Shown here piece after piece: positions 1 through 12,900 of a DNA stretch of 64,000 bases. This DNA comes from Callorhinchus milii (taxonomy: Eukaryota), in the NCBI RefSeq assembly GCF_018977255.1, contig NW_024704742.1:29514001-29578000 (forward strand), written 5' to 3'. The notes beneath the pieces were generated by a model. It was not told the origin of the DNA and did not search any database. It worked only from the letters and a program-made list of their open reading frames with translations. The position numbers were made by a program, and so were the translations under genes. Every line of letters begins with the position of its first letter. Position 1 is the stretch's first letter.

Positions 1-987
1 ATTAACATGACCAGTGCAAAGAAATCTCAGTGGTTTTGATAGGAAGCTGAATGGGACTCATGTGAATGTATGACTTACGCATTTATATGATTTATAAAGA
101 TAAGAATTATGTGAGTATTACTATAGCAGGGGCTCACTGGGGTCAAGTTCAGCACCTTGGGATGTCCTCCCATTGTGAAAGGTGCTTTATAAATGTAATT
201 TTTGTATTGTAAGTGAGAGCTGATGACTACACTATGGTTAAAATCGCTACGATCTATAGAAAATCTCAGAGGCCTTCAGTGTGCAGAGTGACAAGTAGCA
301 AAGCAGCAGCTCTGACGATTCTCTGACCAGAACAGAATGGAGATCTGATGTTCTTGTCCCTTGGCCATGCTGTTTCAGACAACTAACACCAGGAACTGAC
401 CCCCATGCCAAAATTGGCCCTTCCATCCCTGTAACCAGCTCTTTCTTCTCCCCACCATCACCAGAATCGGCCTGGTCTGGCTATCTGTCTGCCCCCAGAA
501 CTAGCTCCCACGCAGAAGAGTCTCCCTGACCCCCGGCACTTGCCTCATGGAACTGGCTTGTCTGCCTCCCCAGGGCCCAGATTGCCTCCCCCCTCTCCTT
601 CCCCCCAATCCCTCTGTCCCCAGACACTGGCAAACCTCACCTTGTGAACATGAAAGAAATATAGAGCCAAACAGATCAATATTACAGCAAGTGTGTTTCC
701 CATGCTTCAGATTAACCATTCTTTAGGATGCTGTTTGTGGGACACTGCTATGCGCAAATGGCTGCTGCATTACGCTCACAAAATACACAGTCAATCCACT
801 TTACAGTAGATCCTGTGAAGCGCTTTAAGACATCTTTACGACTTGATAAGGCGCTATATCAAATGCAAGGATTATTATGCCTAAGTGCTACTTCCATACA
901 CCTGAACCCACTATAGCACTGTGTGTGCCATTCTGCAGGTAAAATGTGAGGTGGAGTCACCTGCTATACAATTGCAAGCTTAGATAC

Positions 988-3900
988 CTGTGATCGGGAA
1001 ATCTCTGCAGTCGCTGAATCTTCCACCTGACCCCGAAAGAAAAAGTGACCTTGACCTGGAAGAGGGGAAAACATGAATAAATAATTTGTCGCAACTCCTT
1101 CAAAGTAAATTGTATCTAACCTTTAGGATACAACCTATTTCAATTCATTTTTACCATGATGTTTTTGCTAGGTGAGCTGTGTGTGTCTCTCCCGAGGGAA
1201 AAAAAGAGAATCATAGAATATTGCAGTACAGAAGGAGCCCATTTGGCCCATCGAGCCCGTGCTGGCTGTTTGGAAGAGCTACCCAATCATTCCCAACCCC
1301 TACCCCACACTCTTTCCCTATATCCTTGCAAACTTCTTCTATTCAAGTACCTATCTAATTCCCTTTTGAAAGTTGTTATTTAATCTGTTTCCACCGCTCT
1401 CTCAGGCAGAGCGCAGTTCATTCCAGAGTCGGAAATTTCTGTGCTTATGTGGAACTCAGTAACGTGGTTTGGATACTATTGAGCGAGGCAATGGGTTTCC
1501 ATGTATATCAGACAACCAGCAAACCAACAAAATGTTTTAAAATATATATTTTGTTGTCAGATACACCCGCTGGTATAAATGTCTAATGCAATAGTTTTTG
1601 CTTGAAAAACTCTTGTAATCGCCTGCTCGAGGTCACTGGTTACAATGAGCATCTTAGGATCTTCTCTCTTTGAGTCCATTACAGAATATAGTCATTGCAG
1701 AGGATTCAGTTTATGATGTTGGGTCCTGTAAACTGCTCTTGTGATCTTGTGTTCCTATTGCCTCACTTCTTTTCGTTCAAGTAATTATGTTGTCTGAGTT
1801 TTTTTGTATATATTGATGATACTTGATTTGTGTGTCTGTATTGTTAGTGTTGATTTGTAAAGTTCTAGTCACAGAACTCAGCCTATCCTGTTTGTGGATA
1901 TTGACTTTGTACAATAGGTTTTAAGTTCAAAAGAATCTCAGTACATTGCAGTGTAATGGAAGTGTGCATAGCTCCCTCTAAAGGGGAGATGTAATCTGCA
2001 GTTATCTGATTTCAGCAGCTGTGGATGCTACAAGTTTTTATAATAACCAGATTTTATAATAATAATAATAATTCTTACATTTGATATAGCACCTTTCACA
2101 TCGGGAGGAAGTCTCAAAGTGTTTCACAGGATTTACTGTGACTTGCCATGACTGTATTTGTAGGCAAATCTCGGCAGCAAATTTGCACACTCAATATCAC
2201 AAATAGCCATGAAGTGACTGATCAATTTTATTTGGGAGATTGGTGGCCAGGAACCCAGTAGAAACTCCTTTCATTTTTTGAATAGTATGATGGCATCTTT
2301 AACATCCACCTAAACCAACAGGAGGGAATTCCGAAGGAAGTCTCATCGGAACAATGACATCTCCAACAACGTGATGTATCCCCAGCACTGCATTAAGTGT
2401 CAACCTGGAATATGCATTCAATCCACAAAAAAGGGAGCGATTGCTTTCAACTGAGCCAAGCTGACAAGTTGGAATCAAAATAGATAAAGTCATGGGGGGG
2501 GGGGGGAGTGGGGAAGGAAAAACAGTCTTGAGTTTCCAGTTGTCTGACTAAATCTGAGATACAGATACATTCTGACACCGGCCTTCTCGTAGCCCAGTCT
2601 CCTCCCCGGCCCCTCTTTTCAGCTAACACAGGCCTGAAGTCAGTCCCCCAACCCCTCCACATCACTATTGATGGCCATGGCTTCAGCCACTACACCCTAA
2701 CCTCGGGAACTCCTTGCCTCAATCCCCCACCTCACCCCCTCTTTTATCTTTAAATCCCACTTAAAGATCTACAGTCACCTCCCCCTTTTCTTTCGGTGTT
2801 CAACCCTGTCTCTGTACAGGGCTCTGAGATGCTATCCTGTGTGAAGGGTGCTACATAAATGCAAATTATTGTTGATTGAACCCAGGTTATCATCAGTGAG
2901 GAAAATCTTTCTGAAACCATCCTTACCTCTTAGCCAAGCCTCGATGAAGAGAACACCCACTCCAATGTTATACTTCAGTCCGTACAGAGTAACCCCTCCC
3001 TACATATTGAAAACATACATTATTCACAGACACAGACATAATGTATATATATATATGCCTTTATCCATATCGTTGCCTCTGATAGTAATTGTTTTGCTTA
3101 TTAAAGTCATGGACGTCAATGCTGCGAATTGAATATTTCCCACCTTTTACAGTTAACATTATATAAGCGCTTTGAGATGTCCTCCAGATGCAAATGTAAA
3201 TCGAACTGAATTAATATCAAGCACACCCAGTTTAGGTTTGGAGTGGGTTATCTTTTAATGAAGGTTCCTTCCACTGTATCAATCTTAACCTTGAATGTGG
3301 CAGAGTGTCCATTGTTTTACCATAAGTAGGCCTACAAAATACACAATCACTACAGTTTACTCAGTGAAGCACTTCGAGACACCTTCCTGACGTGAAAGGA
3401 GCTATATCAAACATAAGAGTTAAATGCAAGAATTATTATAGACACATTCAAATTTCCTGCACCAGCCAATCCTTGGAGCCTATTTAGTTCAGACCGGTGA
3501 TGTGCCAAATGGCAGCACTTGTGTGCTGAATGATGATTGAGACTGACCAACCTCATTTCAACAGGGAAGNAAAAAAATACATCTTTAACACCCCACCTTC
3601 CACCCCAAAAATAAACAAAAGTCTGAGACCTGGGGTCTGTCATTGGTAACAGATACAATGAGTGTTATCCAGATCACAAGAGAACAGTCCCTCTCTTTCA
3701 GAGAGGGAAATACATCAATTCACTTTACAGTATGTTCTATGAAGCGCTTTGAGACGTCTCGAAGACGTGATAAGGCGCGATATCAAATGCAAGGATTATT
3801 ATTATATTAATAATTTCCAGTGAGAGATGCAGTATACCCCAGTGCACGTGAAAGTTTTATACACAATTTTAAAAGCTGTGTGGATTCTGTAAACTTCTCA

Positions 3901-6900
3901 GCACTTTAAAAAAAAAGGAGAATGCTTATCTTCTATTCTTCCCCTCGACTGACCAAATCTGAATGCATTTTACACAACGCAAGATAATACAGATAGATGA
4001 TTTCAGCCATATTTGTCAGTCTATTAACTTCACCTGCTTCTGAGGCCTAGAATTGCTCCTGGCATTAGACTTAAGACCATTGTCTTAAACTTTAAGATTG
4101 TTCCAAATTATGGAAAAATTGATTATATTCTGTCTTAATTCGGAAGCCAATTATTTACAGCAAATGAACAGTGGGAAAACTCACTTCCAGATTAAGATGT
4201 AATTTTAAAAATATTCAAAAATTCTGCATAATCGTAAAGTTTAAGACATTGAATGAATGGCCTTAAGGCCAAGACCTTGAGAAGCGCTTTGAGACGTCCA
4301 GAAGACGTCTATATCAAAAAAATAAAAAGTGCTATATAAATGCAAGGATTATTTATTACCACTGCTGTCCTCACAGACTGCTAGTTGGACTTCAAATCCC
4401 GGATGAGAGCTGATTTCCTGCAATTGAATGTCAACAACACTGAGACCCTCCTGCTTGGCTCCCGTCAGCGCCTCCATAACGTGGGCGTTGACAGCATCTC
4501 CCTCCATGAATGCACTCCACATCTCATGGAGCCAATACGGAACCTCGGCATCCTGTTCAACTGTCCTTCATACCCCACATCCATGCCGTGACCGGCTCCA
4601 CCTTTCCCCACCTCCGCAACATCGCTCAGCTCCGCCACTGTCTCACACCGCAGGCCACCAAGACCCTCATACACGCATTCGTAACATCCAGGCTCGACTA
4701 CACAAACTCCCTACTTGTCGGCCTCCCCAACTCCTCCCTTCATAGGCTGCAGGTCATCTAGAACTCTTGCACCAGGCTCCGCGACCCTATCACCCCCATC
4801 CCCATCTGACTCCATTGGCTTACCATCACACAGAGGATACAGTTCAACATCCTGGTCCTCACTTTCAAAGTCCTCCACGGCCTTGCTTCCACCTACCTCT
4901 GCAAACTCCTAAGCCCCTACCAACCTGCCCGCTCACTCCGGCTGATTTCACGTCCCCCGCCTCGCCCGTCCCATCATTATCGGGTGGACCCTCAGCCACT
5001 CTGCTCACACCCTCTGGAACTCTATCCTGCAGTCTCTCTGCCTCGCCCCCTCCCTTGCCTCCTTCAAGTCCCATCTCAAGACCCTTCTCTTCGACCATGC
5101 CTTTGGTCACCTTCCTTTCTCCCCTGCCCTTCACCCTCGCCAATCCCGAACCCCAGCTCAGGTCTGAAACACTGATTGTCCAGCGCCTTGGGACGTCCTC
5201 CCGACGTGAAAGGCGTTACACAAAATGTTGTTGTTGTTGTTGTTGGGAAGTTCAAATGAAAGTGCAGAGTGTACAGTGCAGGACTCCAGCAAGATGGAAA
5301 GAGTAGGAATTAGTTACATAAATCAAATGGAGGTCAGGTGGCTTCAAGCTTGGGTTTTATAAACTTAGAGTGTAGGAGAAATCCTGGGGGAAGTAAGGAG
5401 TTTTGAGGTCCTGGGAAATAATGGGTTATAAGATGGTAAGTAAGTCCTGATTTCAGCAGGTTGAGGACTCAGGAAGAATTTGCAAGATGAAGTACTTGGC
5501 ACAGCCAGTGAGGCAGCTTCAAAGGAGCACAGATCACAGTACTAGCAATACACTGAGACAAGGAAGTGTGTAAGCGTGAGAACAAGAAAGGTTTGAGTTT
5601 GGAGCCGAGAGAAGGAACAATGTGCTCCAAAAATCATGACTAAATTCTGTACACGGATCAGTAATTTGCACACTCAACAGTTCACTACAACAATGGAAAG
5701 GAATCTGTTGGATCAGCGGTTCCTATAAGTTTTTTCTGTCGGCACTACAGCCTGATAGATTGTAGTCTCATACTTACAGAAGGCATAGAAAGCAGGTCCT
5801 TTGCAGTCACAGCCAGTTCCTCTCTTAGGATGTGTAGCTGATTGGGGCCTACAGTACGTTCCTTAAAGAGCTGGAATTGAATGAGGAATTAAATACGACA
5901 TATGAAGTACAGTCAACTGAATCCTAATTACTATTATTATAATCCTAAACTCCACAGTGACAATAATTCCAATGAAAACATACATGCAACCAGTTGACAA
6001 ACTTGGTCATTTTATCACCCGTGCCAGCCTGGCTGAGTTGGTCGCACTATGGCTCTATTTGAAAAAGAAGGGAGTCCTGGCCAACAATACCCCAAATAAA
6101 ACAAAAAATTTCATTCATAACATTGCTGTTTGTGGGACATTCCTGTCTGCAAATTGGCTGCTTGATTCCTCAACGAGATATAGACTCATTACACTTTGCA
6201 GTACACTTCTGCAACAACAACAAGATTACATTTGTATAGCGCCTTTCACGTTGGGAGGACGTCCCAAGGCACTAGATAGTGTACAGCATTTCAGACCTGA
6301 GCTGGGGTCAGGGGGGAAGAAGGGAGGGGAGGTGATTATTATTATTATTTTCATCATTATTATTGTTATTATTAGCAAGCGCAATGATTATTATTTTTGA
6401 TTTTATTTATTATCCAGTTGACCTGGATATTTGTGTGGATATTTCTTACAGGACACGGCTAGTCCAAATGCATCCCCTATTTATTCTGAAAACTGAGTTC
6501 CTATTCGATGGCTTAATTGATGAAATCATTACCCAGTATAGAACTGAGCCATACATAACAGGAAGGTCCCAGGTTCCACCTCCAGTCTGTGTCAAGTTTG
6601 CTGTGCTCAGATGGTTGGGGTACTAACACTGGATCTGAGGGTCCCAGGGCTAAGGAGGAGGAGAACAGCCAGGGTTTCTGCTTCTGATCACTAATAAGTG
6701 CCCCCGAGTGGAAAGCACACGTATTACAGGTCGCAGGTTAGGACACAGTCCAGCTTATCCATACAGTCCCTACAATTGCATAACATACATACTCATCAAG
6801 TGCATTAATGTGCCATCACTTGGACTAAAGGTAGCAGGAAGGCTGGCATATCAGCCTAAAAAACTGTGAATTACTGCTTCTAAATAATTATGGGGACCAA

Positions 6901-9900
6901 GCTTGATGGTCATGTGATATTTACCATATGTAATGAACCTCCAGCTCCACCCAATCTCAATACTGAGTTTGGAAAGGCCAAATAATATTTTGTGCTGCTT
7001 TGCCAGGTCTTGTTGTTAAGGTTGTCTTGGTTTTGGGCATCAAAATCTCGGCACTCATTTAGAATTTCTTTTACATCCTGGTATTAAGCGCTCCGAAATG
7101 CTGTCCGGCATGAAGGGCGATATATAAATGTAGGTTGTTGTTGTTGTATTGTTACACACTGGTATTTTATTCAGTACATTCACCTCGCAGTACAAGAATG
7201 TAACATGTCTAAATACCTTCTGCATTGGTTCAATCAGGTCCAGATCGAACACCATGAATCCATCCACTCCAGCATTGATTTCAAGCAGCTTCAAGCTACG
7301 GTAACAACACATAGTTATCGACTCTGCACCGGGCAACAAACTACTCACTCAAACGCTAGACGTACTCCGCATTTCATTCTTTCAAGACTTATTTCCAAAT
7401 AATGAAGGGAATTAACAGATGGATGTACTTCTTTTAATAGCACAACTTGTAAAGACTTCACTGGTCCTTGTAGACCAAACAGGTGTAGGTTTGAAGCCTG
7501 AGCTGTGCAGGGTTACACTGGCTTCAAACAGGGCCAGCAGTTGAAGTGCTACAATTGGCCTCAGTACCTGTGGGATAGGGAAAGGAAAGATAGCCCTCAA
7601 TCCCACTTCCGATCACTACTGAAAGGCGCATACCTTGGGGATGTCGGATGGGGACAAGATCGTATCAGCTGTGATGTTCTCCTGCCGACACTGATTGTCA
7701 GGACTCACACACAAACACCTGTACCATTTGGGATGAGTTACGGGAGGCGCTTGTAGAACCATAACACAGAAGAAAGAAATCTAAGAATCTAACGCTCTGA
7801 GCAAGGAGGAGAGAAAACTGGAGGAGAAAATAGGGTAAAGTCAACAAATCAATAAGGTTGATCCTGTTTAATTAACTGGTATAGAACCAGAATAGGAGAG
7901 CTGGGAACTTGATCATAAGCTAAGGATGATAGATATAACTTAAGGAATAATTTCTCCACACTTTACATTAATATCTGGGCCACCTTTATTCAGAAATAAG
8001 GGAACCATATTCCCAATTCAGCTGGAACAACGCTATCAGCAGTGAGACAGGAATTACATGAACATTGAATAGTGTAGTGTATCAGGGCAGAGCTCATTCC
8101 GGGACGTTTAAATAACGTCTCTAAAGCTTATTTCAACAGGAAGAGCTAGTGCCTACAATGTGCACGGTAAACCCACTTGTACTCACTATGTAACAGCCTT
8201 TGTGACTCTCTGGTATTCGGCGCTTCCCTTCTCCCGGGGCAGTAACAGGGCTGCCATTCCTCCAGTGGCCAGGGCCCCTCGCTTATGGCAGGTCCTCACC
8301 AGGAGATCCATGTAACTCTTCAAAAACAGCTTCTCCATGTTCACGTATTTACTGCGATCCGGCAGGAGGAACCCCTGGCGATGGCCTGGGCAATAGCATC
8401 GCAACAACAGCGGAGCACGTTTATAAAACAAACAGGTTCTACCTATATATCAGATCGCTGTCCTTTCTTATCTGGGGCCTGGGTTCAACCCGAGCCCAGA
8501 TGAACAACAACAACAAACTGCACTTATATAGCGCCTTTCATGGCGGTAGGACATCCCAAGATGCGGGACAGTCAAGGGTTTGTACCTGAGCTGGAGTCAA
8601 GAGGGGTGGGGATGGGAGCGGGATATGTGATGAGAAGATGACCAGAGGCACGGTCGAAGAGGAAGACTTGAGGTAGGACTTTAAGGAGGCAAGGGAGCGG
8701 GCAAGGCTGAGGAGCTCCTGGAATAATAGCCTTTCTCTCTTTTTATGTTGCCCTAACCAAACTGAGATTGGTCAGTCTCAAGCTACTTTGTATGTTGCAC
8801 AAAACTGCTCTTAAACCTTGGCTGCCTCACTCAGAGAGACAGGCAGGGTATCTGAGGTACTGAGCCTGCAGTAACCAGTATCCATCACCACCTGGATATG
8901 TCTGCTGGATCCCAACAATGTGTGGCCAGCACAGCGAGTGACCCATTCGGCTCAGTCACATCTTTAGTGTCTCGTCTTAGGAATAAAATGTTAACCAGGT
9001 ACAATATCTTACAAGTACAAAAACTACGTACTTAAGCAGAGTGCTTAAGTACTTAAGCAGCTAAGACCTTGATGCTCATTGGACTCTGGCTTTGCAGAGC
9101 TGAGGCCATGGCTACACTGACAAGTTACATTAGAGTGACAAACAGGTTGGTCAACCAGCAACAACAGTGTTGGATCACTGTAGCTCTTCCGCCATTGTTG
9201 GGCATTTGTAAACATTGTACTTAATTTCCCATTCTGGAAAGGAGGAGCTGGGCACAGAATTATTGAAACACAGACCCTTTGCCACCCATGTCCAGTGCTC
9301 AATAGACTATATTAGCCGGAATGGGTTGTTTTGGAAACACCTTTAAAGATTATAATACAAAGTGGCAGCACCAGGAATGTGTGCTGAGCAGACGGCACTT
9401 GTGAATTAAGGTATAATTGGGACTGACTGCTCACCAAATTTGTTCACAAAGGAGGCGGAGTAATCCCAGATACCACAGTTCAAGCCAGCAGAATGGTCTT
9501 GCAGCTCGTACAGAATCTCTTCCATCTCAAACGTGGCCAGGATGCTCTCTATCAGGACCGTGGCTTTGATAGAGCCAATCGGTAAACCCAACTGGAATGC
9601 AAAGCGATACAGCTCTAGTCTGTAACTGTGTAACAAGCTACCAGTGCCCTGTTATTCCATCCATTTGATCTCATTGTTATGGATTGACATGTTTTATTCC
9701 TAAAGGACTTTGGGGAAAAAATTCCACTCAGGTCTAGATTTACTCTATTCACTCAACAATTTTAGAGAGCCCAGAATTTAATAATAATCCTTGAATTTAA
9801 TCTAGCGCCTTAACACTTCCTTTAAGATGTCTCAAATCACTTCACAGGATATATTATGTGTATAATATATTGTAAAGTGAATTGACAGTGTATGTTATGG

Positions 9901-12900
9901 GCAAACCGTTGAATTTGGTTTTAATTTTGAATCCCGTTTTTCTCTAGTTCTTAAAAGAACTTAACAGAAAAACAGCTTCAAAATAAAGGCTGTGTTTAAG
10001 GATAGAAATGCTACATAAATAAAGTAAATCTAGACCTAGATGGAATATCTTCCCAGATGACTCCTGCTCTATAAGAAAAGCTCTACATGAACTGCAGTCC
10101 CCTGAATATCCATCGGTCTGAGCACAAGCCGATTTCACCCCCTTCCTAGGACAGAGAACGACTCCAGCAATCCTACTGCTCTCCAACTGTGATAAACTAG
10201 CCTAGCATGGACTCAGGGTCCATATGTGCTCTGTTTCCAGCACTTTAGGTTCTCTCTCTCTCAATCCCTCCTTAGCCCCCTCCCTACACCATGCCAGTGG
10301 TCTGACCATGCCCTGCTGACTCTCCGATCACCCGCTCCTCTTCTCCATGTGCGAGTTTCGGTCACCGAGCTAACCTGAGCTGCCTTCCCCCCCAAATACC
10401 TATAGCTTCCCACCATCTGCTTTCAAATTAATTAAAAATGGTTACAAAATCTGGGGATGAAAATCACAAACTGTAACATGTAACCACATTTCTGATAAAT
10501 TTGGTCCAGGCGACACCACCAGCTGTGCCACAGTGGAGGAACCTGCAGCAAACTGCTGCAATTAAATACATTTTGTTAAATTATAAATACAGGAATTCTT
10601 CTTTCTTTGCACAGTCTGTTCTCCTGACTCATTGGATTATGCCAGACAACCCTTCAGCAACTCCTAGCTGTGAAAGGGATGCCTTGTGATCTGTTCCCAG
10701 GTCTCTGCCACTTTATGACCAAATGCTGGGAGATGTTCCTGCAGCCTCGATTTATGCCTTGGCCAGGCCGTCTTTGCATTTTCCTTCCTGTCCCTTCCAG
10801 AACAAGCCACCCTCCCGTAGCACAACATGGCAAAGCACCAAAGAACAGAACTATTCTCCCCTCCCACCCACTGATTTATTTAGTTAGTACATAGAAGATA
10901 GCACTAATAATGATTACAGCTATGCAAAATAGATTACATTTATAGAGGGGATGTGATTGATTTGAAAATTGCTGTGTACAATTTGTATTTAGATTCAGTT
11001 TATGCCAAAAGTCAAACTAAATTGTAGTTTGATCAAAAGCATACGATTGCCTTGCAGAACCATACCTTCTTTTGCACCCAGATAAATATTTGATTCCAGA
11101 GTCTGGCCTCCAAATAGCTCTCAACCTGTAGTGACAAAAAACAGACAGAATATAAATTATCCTTTGTTACACATCCTGGAGCATATTATCAGCATCAAAC
11201 GATAGATTGTGAGATACCAGGCAACTTAACAGGATGTACAAAGGAATTATTTCTATGGCTTTATGGCAGTAGAACTTTGTACAGACCTAAAGATAAGCCT
11301 ATCTGCAAGACAAGTATGTTAATATCAATCTTAATATTGATCTTATTTTAAAGTTTATATTTCAGGATTAACTGCATTTTCCTCAGTTGTAATCAGAACA
11401 TGATGAATTAATTTGATTTGCCTCAACTTCCTTGACAGAAAGTGGAATGGTATATATTTGGATGTTGACATCATTCCCAAAGAACACCAGACTCTCTTTA
11501 TTTTCAAATCCTTTTTTTAAAAAATGTTTTAAAAAAAAATCTCCCGAATTTTAGGCTCCAGGAACCGTTCACTCCCAGCCTAATGGCAGTAGGAGGGTAG
11601 CTCCTATTGCCCTACAATACCACATTCTGAACTCTACTGAAGATATGTGAGAGAAAATTGAGGTGACAGGATCGTACTTTAATATTCACTTTCATTGCAG
11701 GCTATTTTTCTGCAACACTCCAACAAGGATATGATATTGGCCAATCACTAATCTTTCAGTTAATAAAGACACACTACAGCCCAGAGCAGGAGTGGGCAAT
11801 TATTTTGGCTGGCAGGCCACTTCATGAGTTTTGGTAAGCTTCGCCTGCCACCAACTTAATATAGATGCAAATGCTTAATAATAGGTCAAAATCAAGTCTT
11901 ACACTTGTACATGCATAAAATAAAGTCTATATAATTGACATTCATTAAGATTAGGTTAAATAAAAACAACTCATTGAGCAGATATTTATTCGATATTTAT
12001 TAATTTATTCACATATTGCTGAGAATATGAGAAGCTCACTCAACGGGAAGAATGAAATCGCTGATGTGTGTTAACCAGACAATTGAAGTGAGGCATCATC
12101 TCCGTTGTTGCAATGCGGAGTACAGCTGCAAGGTGGTCATCAGTCATCACAGATCTATGTTTTGATTTATTGAATTTCATCACAGAAAATGTCTCCTCGC
12201 ATATGTATGTTGATCCAAATGCAAAATCAGAGAGCCAATTCGCATCATTCAGCTGTGGGAAATCCAAATCTTTTTGTTTCATGCCCAAAAATATATCAAT
12301 CTCTGTTCTCAGTTCCCAGACTCTTTTCAAGACCTTTCCTAAACTAAGCCATCTTACATTCGTGCAATACAAAACATCCGTGTGCTCGGACTCCAATTCC
12401 TCAAGCAGAGTTACAAATTGCTTGTGGTTTAATCCTCTTGCTCGAATGTAATTGACCACTTTCGTAACTGTGTCCATGACATTGCTTAGTTTTAGAACAC
12501 TCTTACAGAGGACCTCTTGGTGGATAATGCAGTGTAGAAAAACAATATTCTGTTCTGGATTTTTTTCTTTGACTTGATCTTGAATTCTTTTCAGTAACCC
12601 AACATTTTTGCCTGTCAAATTTGGGCTTCCATCGGTGGTCACATTCACTATTTTCCACTCCACTCCTAATTTTAAGATACACTTATTTACTGCCTCCAAA
12701 AAGTCTTCTCCAATTGTCGTATCTTTCATTGACTGCATTGATGCCAATTCTTCTGTGAGCTCAAAATGTTTTGTGATACCTCGAATAAAAATTATCAACT
12801 GGGCTGTGTCTTTGACATCACAACTCTCATCGAGTGCCAGTGAAAAACATGCAAAATTGCTTACTTTATTTTGTAACTGCAGGTACAGGTTCTCAGAGAT

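Noticed and set aside
501..719. 72-aa ORF as the next malate synthase exon
   Set aside because: Lacks the expected (V/I)WQW motif after AEISRSQ; the remaining exons are probably outside the window.
8186..8188. Apparent premature TAG in malate synthase
   Set aside because: Overlaps the donor (TA|gtgagt); the spliced codon is TAC (Tyr).
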